Shown piece after piece: positions 55,628 to 64,000 of a DNA stretch of 64,000 nt. The position numbers and the translations under genes are program-made. Under the pieces are notes generated by a model that ran no database searches, was not told the origin of the DNA, and saw only the letters and a list, made by a program, of their open reading frames with translations. Numbering within the stretch: the stretch's first letter is position 1; every line of letters starts with the position of its first letter. The DNA is from Chloroflexota bacterium (lineage in GTDB: Bacteria; Chloroflexota; Anaerolineae; Anaerolineales; Villigracilaceae): contig JACRPQ010000005.1 of NCBI GenBank assembly GCA_016223135.1, positions 176,873 to 240,872 of the forward strand, given 5' to 3'.

Positions 55628-56611
55628 TTAGGCTTTGCCCAACACCATCGCGAGCAATGCCATTCTAACGTAAAGACCGTATTCCATCTGACGGAAATAC
55701 GCGGCGCGGGGATCGTCGTCGAAGTCCATGCTGATTTCGGTGACGCGCGGAAGCGGGTGCATGACGATCATCTCCTGTTTGGCGGCTTTCATGATTTCGG
55801 GGTCAATCACGTACGCGCCTTTGACCTTTTCGTAATCGGCGGGATCCTCGAAGCGTTCCTTCTGGACGCGCGTGACGTACAGCACGTCGGTTTCGGGCAG
55901 GACTTTGTCGAGTGTGCTGTATTCGGCTTGAGGGATGCCCTTCGCCGCGACTTCGTCCATCACTTCCTTGGGCATTCGCAAAATATCGGGCGAGACGTAG
56001 TTCAACCTGACGTGGAACAGCGAGAGCAAACGCGCCAGCGAGTGGACGGTGCGCCCGTATTTCAAATCGCCGAGCATGGTCACGGTCAGCCCGTCCACCA
56101 CGCCGACGCCGAGTTCCTCGAAGATGGTGAACAGGTCGAGCAGCGCCTGGGTGGGATGTTCGCCCGTGCCGTCGCCGGCGTTGATGACGGGTTTGCGCGC
56201 CGCCTTTGCCGCAATCGCCGCCGAGCCCGTTTCGGGATGGCGCAGCACGATGACATCGGCATAACATTCGAGCGTGCGGACGGTGTCGGTCAGGCTCTCG
56301 CCTTTCGTCACCGAGGAATACTTCACTTCATTGATGGGGATGACCGAGCCGCCCAGCCGCTCCATCGCGGCGGTAAACGACGATGAGGTGCGCGTGGACG
56401 GTTCGTAAAACAGATTGGCAAGAATTTTTCCTTTGAGCAGGTCGAACGTCCCGACGCGCTCGACCATGCCGCGCATCTCATGCGCCACGCCGAAGATGTA
56501 TTCCAAATCGGCGCGGTTGAACTGTTTGACGGATATGATGTCCTTGCCATACCAGTCGGCTTGTTTGTTTTCGCCGAAGGGCAGGTAAGGGGAGGGGGAT
56601 TGGGTGGGCAT
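55628..56611 (-). CDS. pyrB: Aspartate carbamoyltransferase catalytic subunit
   Basis: [32 protein letters not shown]. Start at ATG 56611 behind AGGAG. Confidence 0.96.
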   Translation of the reverse strand: MPTQSPSPYLPFGENKQADWYGKDIISVKQFNRADLEYIFGVAHEMRGMVERVGTFDLLKGKILANLFYEPSTRTSSSFTAAMERLGGSVIPINEVKYSSVTKGESLTDTVRTLECYADVIVLRHPETGSAAIAAKAARKPVINAGDGTGEHPTQALLDLFTIFEELGVGVVDGLTVTMLGDLKYGRTVHSLARLLSLFHVRLNYVSPDILRMPKEVMDEVAAKGIPQAEYSTLDKVLPETDVLYVTRVQKERFEDPADYEKVKGAYVIDPEIMKAAKQEMIVMHPLPRVTEISMDFDDDPRAAYFRQMEYGLYVRMALLAMVLGKA

Positions 56612-56710
56612 GGATACTCCTTGGTAATTGGTAAGTGGTAATTGGTGATTGGTGATTGGAGACTCGCTTCTTTCTTCGGGTGAGGCGGATTCGGTTTCGA
56701 TGGGCATTTT

Positions 56711-57997
56711 CTACGGCTGAAGCATTCCCACCCACTCCAGCGGTGTGACCTGAGTCAACGCTTCGCCATTTGGGCGCATGACCCATGTCGAATTGTCCGC
56801 GTCGCTGGTGAGAATCAACCAATCGCCGCCGCTCCACGCGCGTGGACTGAAATAGGGCTTGGCATCGTAATTGGCGGTGTAGATGCTGTTCCATGTTTGA
56901 TCTTGAACATTGAAGACAAGCAATTCGGTTTGATAGCCGCCATCTGCAGTGTGCCGCGAGGCGGTGAATAATATCTTGTCCCCATCAGGCGCGAAAAGGT
57001 GAACCTCAGCATTTTCCCATGTTTCCGTGAGACGGTATGTCGTTTCATTCCCGTTCGAGAGATCGCGCAAGTGAAGAGTCCATGGTAAGGTGAAATCGGC
57101 TTGGGGTTCGCCCCACGTCAGGTAGGTGAGCAGGCGTCCGCCTGGAGAGACCGACGCGGAAACGCCGCTATACATCCCAGCGGGGTTGAGCGCCCAGAGC
57201 GGGGTGACCTCATTCGTCGCTGTGTTAGCGATATACAGCGAAGCCACTTGGGTTGGCGTCATGCCGCTGTAAAACGTGTGCAACGCGTAAATCAGTGTGT
57301 GCCGCGTTTCATCATAGAAGATTGGCACAACCGCGTGACCCGCCGCCTCCGCCGGTAATTCCGTGCGCCAGACTTCGCGGCTTTCGCCCGTTTCCAATGA
57401 AGTAGCAAAGACCGCGCGAGTCATCGTTTCGTTTTCGTCGGCGCGGCTCCAGACGAGGCTCGCGCCATCCGCAGAGAAAATCGGAGCGGTGCGCAGGCTT
57501 CCTTCCACGTCCCGCCGCGTATCCAAATCTCCAAGCCAATGTTCCTGCGGATACGCCTGGTTGGCCACCAGTGAGCCATCACCCCTATCGGTCAGCAAAT
57601 AAACGTTCCCGCCGCGGACAAGAACAAAATCAACGAGCGGCGCGTAGAATCGTTGAAAAACAAATCCCGCTTTTACACCAGCAGGATCGAGAAAGACGAG
57701 ATTATCCTCTGTCCGTACGATCCATTCCCCAGCGCCGTCAACAGTCGCAAGCGGCGCCAGAGCCGCATCGGGCGTGGCTGTGGCGCATACCGTGCCGCAT
57801 CCGCCCGGACAATTACCAGGGCAGAAATACGTTTCGTTTGCGCCGCAGGGGGGAGGTGTGCAAACCACCATAAAAGTCTCTGTGGGCGACGGGGTAGGCA
57901 AATTGAGCACGGACGGAACTTCCGTGCGAGGCTTGGGCGTCAGAAGGTTACATGCCAGCAGCGCGAGCAGCAGTGGAATAACGGATAATTTTTTCAT
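56711..57997 (-). CDS. Lipoprotein with a Cys-rich module and a beta-propeller-like domain
   Basis: Lipobox ALLAC; CTPPPCGANETYFCPGNCPGGCGTVC; SADG/SPGG/APDG repeats. Confidence 0.75.
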   Translation of the reverse strand: MKKLSVIPLLLALLACNLLTPKPRTEVPSVLNLPTPSPTETFMVVCTPPPCGANETYFCPGNCPGGCGTVCATATPDAALAPLATVDGAGEWIVRTEDNLVFLDPAGVKAGFVFQRFYAPLVDFVLVRGGNVYLLTDRGDGSLVANQAYPQEHWLGDLDTRRDVEGSLRTAPIFSADGASLVWSRADENETMTRAVFATSLETGESREVWRTELPAEAAGHAVVPIFYDETRHTLIYALHTFYSGMTPTQVASLYIANTATNEVTPLWALNPAGMYSGVSASVSPGGRLLTYLTWGEPQADFTLPWTLHLRDLSNGNETTYRLTETWENAEVHLFAPDGDKILFTASRHTADGGYQTELLVFNVQDQTWNSIYTANYDAKPYFSPRAWSGGDWLILTSDADNSTWVMRPNGEALTQVTPLEWVGMLQP

Positions 57998-58013
57998 CGT
58001 TTTGCCTCCATGG

Positions 58014-58349
58014 TCATTCAAAGAGATGATTCGCCAGCGGGATGACATTGATGACCGGCTCCTCGTAGGGATGCACGCGTTTTATCACGCGAATCGCATC
58101 CTTCACCAGTTCGCGCCGGCAATTGACTTCGAGTTTGTATTCCGCCACTTCGTTGATTTTGCCCTCCTCGCCCTCGAAGGGATTCGCGCCCGGCAGGGGA
58201 CGGAAGAAGCCGCGCACGGGGGTAAGGGCGACGCAATGGTCGTAGTTGCCGATCACGCCCACGCCGATTTCCGAGAGCGCGTCGGCGAGTTTCAGAGCAT
58301 GGTCTTGAGGGACGAAGATTTCGAGTTTTACGTGTGTGAAGTTTTGCAT
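58014..58349 (-). CDS. Stand-alone YqfO/Nif3 middle-domain (PII/CutA-like) protein
   Basis: KLEIFVP, G.G.IGNYDHC, FRPLPGANP..G, E.KLEV, HPYEEP. Confidence 0.82.
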   Translation of the reverse strand: MQNFTHVKLEIFVPQDHALKLADALSEIGVGVIGNYDHCVALTPVRGFFRPLPGANPFEGEEGKINEVAEYKLEVNCRRELVKDAIRVIKRVHPYEEPVINVIPLANHLFE

Positions 58350-58353
58350 GGTA

Positions 58354-59427
58354 TTACAACCTCACATTCCTTCCATATCCCTGCTCTGCTAATACCTTTC
58401 CGTCCTCAAATGCAGTCCTGCCGCGCAGGACGACCTTTCTTACTTTACCTTTGATCTTCCAGCCCTCGAAGGGAGTCCAGCCGCAGCGGGTGAATTGGTC
58501 GGCGGCGCGGATTTCGTATTCGGCGGTCTCGTCCACTTCGACCCAAGTTTCGGGCTGCTCGGGGAGGTTGAAGATTTTGCGCGGGTTGATGACGCACTTT
58601 TGAATCAAATCGTCTAAGGTCAAACGTCGAAGGGCAACGGCGGTAAGGAGGAGGGGAAGCAGAGTTTCCAGCCCCGGGAAGCCGGGCGGGGGATTGTCGG
58701 AGTCTTTTTCGGCGAGGGTGTGCGGGGCGTGGTCGGTGGCGAAGCAGTCAATCACGTCGAGGTTATCCCACAAGGCGTCCACGTCTTGCTGTGTGGCGAG
58801 GCGAGGGCGGACTGTGAGTCTGCCCTCACCCCTGCGCCCCTCTCCCGGTGGGAGAGGGGATGGGGGCGAGGGTAAAAACAAATGATGCGGGCAGACTTCG
58901 CACGTCACTTTGACGCCGCGTTCTTTCGCCGCTTTGATGAGGAGGATTTCCTCCTTCAATGAGACGTGCGCGATATGGACAGGGCGGTCGTAGAGGGCGG
59001 CGAAGAGTATCCCTGCCGCCATCGTCCGCGATTCGGAGTGCAGGACGATGGGATAATCCTTTGGAAACTTTTGGAAGTGCGGCATCCACAGGGTCATGTC
59101 GTCGAGGCGCAGTTCGCCGAAGGTGGAGTCGAGGTACATTTTCAAGCCTGCGGCGCGTGGAGCAAGGGCGGCAGCGGCGTCGGCGTTGTCGGGACCGGCG
59201 CCGAGGAATTGGGCGTAGTCGCAGCGCGCTTTTCGTTTGGCGGAATCCAGCGCGAGGTCCAGAGTGGAGGCGTTGAAGATGGGCGGCTTGGTGTTGGGCA
59301 TGGCGAGGATCATGGTCACGCCGCCGGCAAGCGCGGCTTGGGTGACGGTGTCCCAATCTTCTTTGTGGGTTTGCCCTGGTTCGCGGACGTGGACGTGGGG
59401 GTCAATCAGGCCGGGGAGTTTGAGCAT
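58354..59427 (-). CDS. pyrC: Dihydroorotase, CAD-like type
   Basis: PGLIDPHVH.REPG, MPNT.PP, GLKMYL, CEVCPHHL, ATDHAPH, GFPGLET, WTPFEG. Confidence 0.95.
   Translation of the reverse strand: MLKLPGLIDPHVHVREPGQTHKEDWDTVTQAALAGGVTMILAMPNTKPPIFNASTLDLALDSAKRKARCDYAQFLGAGPDNADAAAALAPRAAGLKMYLDSTFGELRLDDMTLWMPHFQKFPKDYPIVLHSESRTMAAGILFAALYDRPVHIAHVSLKEEILLIKAAKERGVKVTCEVCPHHLFLPSPPSPLPPGEGRRGEGRLTVRPRLATQQDVDALWDNLDVIDCFATDHAPHTLAEKDSDNPPPGFPGLETLLPLLLTAVALRRLTLDDLIQKCVINPRKIFNLPEQPETWVEVDETAEYEIRAADQFTRCGWTPFEGWKIKGKVRKVVLRGRTAFEDGKVLAEQGYGRNVRL
58823..58872. repeat. REP palindrome inside the pyrC CDS
   Basis: CCCTCACCCCTGCGCCCCTCTCCCGGTGGGAGAGGGGATGGGGGCGAGGG, same family as intergenic copies at 25213 and 59455; encodes PSPPSPLPPGEGRRGEG. 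Confidence 0.85.
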
Positions 59428-59450
59428 GGGATGGGTTCCAAGCGTCAGGT

Positions 59451-59603
59451 TTATCCCTCACCCCTGCCCTCTCCCATGGGGAGAGGGGGGATGGGGCAAA
59501 AAAAGAGAGCCGCTTGAGCGACTCTCTGATTTCCAAAAGTAGAAATAACGTTCCCGAAGAAGTGTTGTCGAAATAATCCTTTGAGGCGGGGCAGTTTGTA
59601 CAT
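59451..59603 (-). CDS. Putative pyr leader peptide (PyrL-like, 50 aa)
   Basis: MYKLPRLKGLFRQHFFGNVISTFGNQRVAQAALFFCP...; ATG 9 nt after the -10 box; reads through the terminator. Confidence 0.5.
   Translation of the reverse strand: MYKLPRLKGLFRQHFFGNVISTFGNQRVAQAALFFCPIPPLPMGEGRGEG
59498..59527 (-). terminator. Attenuator terminator in the pyr leader
   Basis: Minus strand AGAGAGTCGC-TCAA-GCGGCTCTCT followed by a T run, between the promoter and pyrC. Confidence 0.8.
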
Positions 59604-59611
59604 TGCGGCGA

Positions 59612-59639
59612 ATTTTACGCCGATTCGGGAGAGTGTCAA
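59612..59639 (-). promoter_or_regulatory. Sigma70 promoter of the pyr operon
   Basis: Minus strand TTGACA-N16-TAAAAT. Confidence 0.75.
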
Positions 59640-59777
59640 GGTGGGAGAAAAAATCGCTCGAAACAGGATCAGCCGTCCCGTAGGAATGAAGCGGGGATAA
59701 ATCTCATGATGTTTGTCACTAAAGGGCGTCAAATGCGGGTGATATAATCCCGCCATCATTTTGCAAGGAGAAGGAAG

Positions 59778-61178
59778 ATGGCATATCAAAACGTCAAAGT
59801 CCCCGCAGGCGGGGCAAAGATTTCCATCAAGGATGGTAAATTACAGGTTCCCGATAACCCGATTATCCCGTTTGTGGAAGGCGACGGGACCGGGCGCGAC
59901 ATCTGGCGCGCGTCGGTGCGTGTGTTCGACGCGGCGGTGGAGAAGGCATACGGCGGCAAGCGCAAGATTCATTGGATGGAAGTGTACGCCGGCGAGAAGG
60001 CTTTCAAGTTGTTCAACACCTGGCTGCCCGATGAAACCACCGATGCATTCAAGGAATTCCTGGTGGGCATCAAGGGTCCGTTGACCACACCCATCGGCGG
60101 CGGCATCCGTTCGCTGAACGTGGCGCTGCGCAAACTGCTTGACCTCTACGTCTGTCAGCGTCCGGTGCGTTATTACAACGGCGTGCCTTCCCCCGTTAAA
60201 CACCCGGAATACGTGGACATGGTCATTTTCCGCGAGAACACGGAAGATATTTACACGGGCATTGAATTCCAATACGGCACGGAAGAGAACAAGAAATTCA
60301 AGGATTTGCTGAAAGAGGCTTTCCCGAAGGAATACGCCAAGATACGCTTCCCCGATACGGCGGGAATCGGCGTCAAGCCCGTTTCGGTGGAAGGGACGGA
60401 GCGGCTGGTCCGTGCGGCGATTCAATGGGCGCTGGCGAACAAGCGCAAGAGCGTGAACCTCGTCCATAAGGGCAACATCATGAAATTCACAGAAGGGGCA
60501 TTCAAGGACTGGGGTTACGCGCTTGCCAAGCGTGAGTTCCGCAATGAGATTGTGACCGAGCGCGAGAGTTGGATTTTGGGGAACAAGGAAGCCAATCCGA
60601 ACTTGAGCGTGGAAGAAAACGCCCGCATGATCGATCCCGGCTACGATATGATGGCGCCCGATAAGCAGGCGGAAATCCGCAAGGAAGTGGAAGAGGCGCT
60701 GGCGCTGTGGGAGACGCACGGCGGCGGCAAGTGGAAGAGCAAACTGCTCATCAAGGATTCGATCGCCGATGTGACGCTGCAATTTGTGTTGATCCGCCCG
60801 CGCGATTATGATGTGATTGCCACCCTCAACCTGAATGGCGACTATCTCTCGGATGCGCTCGCGGCGCAGGTGGGCGGGATTGGCATCGCCCCGGGCGCGA
60901 ACATCAACTACGAGACGGGTCACGCCATCTTCGAGGCGACTCACGGCACCGCGCCAAAATACGCCGACCTCGACAAGGTCAACCCTGGCTCGGTCATCCT
61001 CTCCGGTGAGATGATGTTCCGCTACATGGGCTGGACCGAAGCCGCGGACCTGATCGTCAAGGGCATGGAAGGCGCAATCAATGCCAAGACGGTGACGTAT
61101 GATTTTGCCCGTTTGATGGAAGGCGCGAAGGAAGTCAAATGCTCCGAGTTTGGGGATGCGGTTATTAGTCACATGTAG
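59778..61178 (+). CDS. icd: NADP-dependent isocitrate dehydrogenase
   Basis: [49 protein letters not shown]. Confidence 0.97.
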   Translation: MAYQNVKVPAGGAKISIKDGKLQVPDNPIIPFVEGDGTGRDIWRASVRVFDAAVEKAYGGKRKIHWMEVYAGEKAFKLFNTWLPDETTDAFKEFLVGIKGPLTTPIGGGIRSLNVALRKLLDLYVCQRPVRYYNGVPSPVKHPEYVDMVIFRENTEDIYTGIEFQYGTEENKKFKDLLKEAFPKEYAKIRFPDTAGIGVKPVSVEGTERLVRAAIQWALANKRKSVNLVHKGNIMKFTEGAFKDWGYALAKREFRNEIVTERESWILGNKEANPNLSVEENARMIDPGYDMMAPDKQAEIRKEVEEALALWETHGGGKWKSKLLIKDSIADVTLQFVLIRPRDYDVIATLNLNGDYLSDALAAQVGGIGIAPGANINYETGHAIFEATHGTAPKYADLDKVNPGSVILSGEMMFRYMGWTEAADLIVKGMEGAINAKTVTYDFARLMEGAKEVKCSEFGDAVISHM

Positions 61179-61204
61179 TCAGGTAAAGGGGTAAATAGGA
61201 AATG

Positions 61205-61240
61205 AAAAAAGTCGGGATGTGAAAGTCCCGACTTTTTGTT
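61205..61240. terminator. Bidirectional intrinsic terminator
   Basis: AAAAAGTCGGGA ... TCCCGACTTTTT between icd and qcrC. Confidence 0.85.
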
Positions 61241-61261
61241 ACATAAAATCGTAACTCAAAC

Positions 61262-62677
61262 CTAAGGTGCAGGCGTCGCTTCCGGCATGACCGAGAGCGC
61301 TGCCGCGTCTTCCGCCGTTTTTGGCATCCCGTTCATGATCCAGCGGATGAAGGCATCCACCACGTTGGCTTTGAGTTTGGTCTTGGGCGGCATGACGCCG
61401 ATGATGACCTCTCCCTTTTCGTTGACAATTTCATGTCCCTGAATGACCTGCAGCAGATAACTATTCATGTCGCCGGCGATGATGTTCTTTTCAACATTCT
61501 CGCCGGTGGTTAGAATTTCTTCGTAGGAGGTCATCAGGTAATCGTTGTTTTCCTTGCCGGCGCGGTGACAGGAGACACAATAGCGCTTGACGATGGGCGC
61601 GATGTGAACATCGTACGACGGGACCTCGCCTTCCGCCAGCGGCGGGAAGAGTTCGGGGATCACGGGCGCTTCGAAGCGGTCATCCCACGTGTAGCGCATG
61701 AAGAGGATGATGTAGTCAATTTCACTGCGCGAAAGTTCGCCGCCGTAGGTCTTGCCGAAGGGAGGCATGCCTGCATTCGGGCGTCCGTAGGCGATCACTT
61801 CATACATTGCGCCATCGGTGATGGTATACAGCACGTCGCGGCTGTTGATGGGGGTGATTTTCTCGCCTTCCAAACCTTCCACGCCCTCGATGACCGCCAC
61901 CGAGCCGTCATCGCCGTGACATTCCACGCATTGAACAGAGTATAGGTCCTGTCCGGCGACAATCTGATCAACCAATGTAGAGGGGACTTCCGCTTCTTCA
62001 GGTTTGGGATACGCCGCCGCGCGGATGCTGACCGCGGCTGTCATCGCTACCATCATTGCCGCGCCTGCCACTGTCACCCACAACGGGACATTCCGCCTTG
62101 TCGATTCCCAATACAGGCTGCGTTTGAAAGCGTAGATGACGACCAGAATTGTCAGCAGCGCTGCCGGGATCCACAGTCCGCCGATGGTTTGCAGCGTGGT
62201 GGAAACCGCCAGTTCATCCGCATCGGGAGGAACGGGCAGGCTTGCCATGATCGTCAACAGCACCATGTCCAGGACGATCGTGCCCATGACGGTGAGCGCA
62301 AAGATGCGGCGGGAATAATGCCGATAGGGGGATTTATCCAGCAGCGGCAGGAAGGTCAACAGAGCGATGCCCAGGGAAGGGACAAGGACGGTTGCCAGCC
62401 ATTCGATCTTGTCGATGACGGGGATTTGCCCATAAAGCGCCAGGAATTTAAAGAGGAAAAGGAAGTACCATTCCGGGCGCGGCAGGTAGGATGTGTCGCT
62501 GGGGTCGGCTTTTGGTTCGTTGGCGACGCCGATGAAGGTGGCGAGCAGGACGAGAACAATAAAAATTCCCAGCGAGACGATGACATCCTTGAAGATGCTG
62601 TCGGGCCAAAAGCGTTCCCCTTTATTGAGTTCCTGTTCGTAGCGTTCCTTGATTTTCTGTTTGATTTCTTCGTTCAT
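61262..62677 (-). CDS. qcrC: Cytochrome b subunit IV (QcrC/PetD-like) fused to a diheme cytochrome c
   Basis: PRPEWYFLF; two heme motifs CVECH and CVSCH; start at ATG 62677 behind AGGAG. Confidence 0.88.
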   Translation of the reverse strand: MNEEIKQKIKERYEQELNKGERFWPDSIFKDVIVSLGIFIVLVLLATFIGVANEPKADPSDTSYLPRPEWYFLFLFKFLALYGQIPVIDKIEWLATVLVPSLGIALLTFLPLLDKSPYRHYSRRIFALTVMGTIVLDMVLLTIMASLPVPPDADELAVSTTLQTIGGLWIPAALLTILVVIYAFKRSLYWESTRRNVPLWVTVAGAAMMVAMTAAVSIRAAAYPKPEEAEVPSTLVDQIVAGQDLYSVQCVECHGDDGSVAVIEGVEGLEGEKITPINSRDVLYTITDGAMYEVIAYGRPNAGMPPFGKTYGGELSRSEIDYIILFMRYTWDDRFEAPVIPELFPPLAEGEVPSYDVHIAPIVKRYCVSCHRAGKENNDYLMTSYEEILTTGENVEKNIIAGDMNSYLLQVIQGHEIVNEKGEVIIGVMPPKTKLKANVVDAFIRWIMNGMPKTAEDAAALSVMPEATPAP

Positions 62678-62744
62678 GATGGCTCCTGTGCAGGCGGCGT
62701 TTTCAATGCCAGCCAGACGCGAGGAGGCGTCTGCTGAGTAAACG

Positions 62745-63404
62745 TCATTCGTCTTTCTTCGGGAAGTGCGACTCGCCGTGTTTGATGATGAGGTAGAGGT
62801 GTATGCCAATGAGCGCCATCAGGATGGCGGGGATGATCCAAATGTGGGCGGAGAAGAAGCGCTGTAGGGTGAGGGCGCTCAGGTCCGGTCCGCCGCGCAG
62901 GGCTTTGAGAATGAATTCGCCGATCAATGGCGCCGTCCCTGCGATTTGTGTGCCAACGGTGGTCGCCCAGTAGGATCGCTGATTCCAAGGAAGCAGGTAG
63001 CCGGTGAAGCCCATGCCAATGGTGGCGAGCAGGAGACCAATGCCAATGAACCAGGTGAGTTCACGGGGGTACTTGTAAGATGCGGTTACAAAGACGCGCA
63101 GCATGTGAATGAAGACCACCAACACCATCAGCGACGCGCCCCAATGATGGATGCCGCGGATCAACCAGCCAAAGGCGACGCCTTCCATGATGTATTGAAT
63201 GGAGTCGTAGGCGTGGTCGGGGGATGGGGTGTAGTAGATGGTGAGGAAGATGCCGGTCAGCCCTTGTAAAACAAAAAGGAACAGGCTGGCAGAGCCGAGC
63301 GTGTTCCACCAGTTGCCCCGCGGTTCGGGACGGTCGAGCAGGGTGTTGTAGAGATCATTCAATCCGAGCCGTTCGTCCAGCCAGTCGAATATTTTTTTCC
63401 ACAT
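62745..63404 (-). CDS. qcrB: Cytochrome b6-like subunit
   Basis: GWLIRGIHHWGAS, HMLRVF, YKYPRE, GFTGYLLPW, TLQRFFSAH..H; 219 aa split type. Confidence 0.93.
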   Translation of the reverse strand: MWKKIFDWLDERLGLNDLYNTLLDRPEPRGNWWNTLGSASLFLFVLQGLTGIFLTIYYTPSPDHAYDSIQYIMEGVAFGWLIRGIHHWGASLMVLVVFIHMLRVFVTASYKYPRELTWFIGIGLLLATIGMGFTGYLLPWNQRSYWATTVGTQIAGTAPLIGEFILKALRGGPDLSALTLQRFFSAHIWIIPAILMALIGIHLYLIIKHGESHFPKKDE

Positions 63405-63449
63405 GGAGACACTCCGAAAAAGTACAGCGACATGAAATCGCTGTGCGTT

Positions 63450-63947
63450 CTAACCTTCCTGGTAAAAGATTTCGAGCATGCCCTCTTCGTTGACACGAAA
63501 TTCAGCATAACGGTCGAGGGGGCGAGGCGGTGGACCGTCCAACACTTCACCTTCTTTGCTGAACTTGGCGTCGTGGCAGGGGCAGAGGTACACCTGATCG
63601 GTCTCCGACCAGTTCACGGTACAGGCAAGATGCGTACAGCGGCTGTTGAGGATGAGCAGGTCGTTTGGGTCTTCCGAGTTGCGGATGACGAATCCGCCGC
63701 GGGTGGTGGATGTCCGTTCCCAGCCGTTGACCTGAACGCGGGTGAAGGAAAATGGGTAAGGCTTGCCGATTTCCATGTTTTCGAGCTTGCCAATGGGAAT
63801 CCAAGCCTCTTTTGCGCCTTCGCGCAGGGCAGGGTCAATCAGGTAATAGACGGCAGGCACGCCTATTGCCGCTCCAATGATCCCACCTATAATGCTGGTC
63901 GTTACTTTGATAAAATCCCGCCTGCTAATCGCTTCAGACATAAACAC
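63450..63947 (-). CDS. qcrA: Rieske iron-sulfur subunit
   Basis: Tat signal SRRDFIK; CTHLAC; CPCH; GPPPRPL. Confidence 0.95.
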   Translation of the reverse strand: MFMSEAISRRDFIKVTTSIIGGIIGAAIGVPAVYYLIDPALREGAKEAWIPIGKLENMEIGKPYPFSFTRVQVNGWERTSTTRGGFVIRNSEDPNDLLILNSRCTHLACTVNWSETDQVYLCPCHDAKFSKEGEVLDGPPPRPLDRYAEFRVNEEGMLEIFYQEG

Positions 63948-64000
63948 CTCCGATCCTCCCTCACCACTCTCCCTTGGGGAGAAGTTTAGGATGAGAGTAG

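Noticed and set aside
56612-56707. N-terminal extension of PyrB ([15 protein letters not shown])
   Set aside because: It is the translation of an intergenic heptamer array; an RBS precedes ATG 56611.
59575-59588. AATCCTTTGAGGCG resembling the PyrR-binding loop (ARUCCNGNGAGGYU)
   Set aside because: It is on the plus strand, antisense to the pyr transcript, and is an imperfect match.
1-64000. GC-skew inversion at the predicted oriC
   Set aside because: Spot counts by eye were inconsistent and dominated by gene orientation, so I did not use skew as evidence; it needs computation.

Overview
A 64-kb, GC-rich chromosomal window with no phage, CRISPR or transposase genes. Gene content is most consistent with Chloroflexota, class Anaerolineae (inference). 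About 60 CDS are supported. They include an ABC-2/MFS efflux cluster, an S8 protease, two paralogous membrane Ser/Thr kinases, folD, mtaB, msrPQ with thiol-redox genes and a two-component system, pdxST, dnaN, pepF, gdh, a pyrC-B-F-E-D cluster, icd and a split Rieske/cytochrome b complex. The most informative signals are non-coding or sub-genic. (1) A DnaA-box cluster at 16.2-16.7 kb has a B. subtilis-like DnaA-trio unwinding module; no dnaA is in the window, and a parS palindrome and a stand-alone dnaN lie 21-26 kb away. (2) A probable leader-peptide (PyrL-like) attenuator precedes the pyr genes. (3) MITEs are nested inside each other with readable target-site duplications, and one rewrote the stop codon of a diguanylate cyclase. 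(4) REP-like palindromes are inserted in frame in pyrC and in an FAD oxidoreductase. (5) An MsrPQ / Met-rich thioredoxin lipoprotein / CcdA locus shares a TGTAAG-N10-(-10) promoter motif. (6) A LexA-type box precedes a small DUF4177-like gene. Family names come from motif recognition only; no searches were run.
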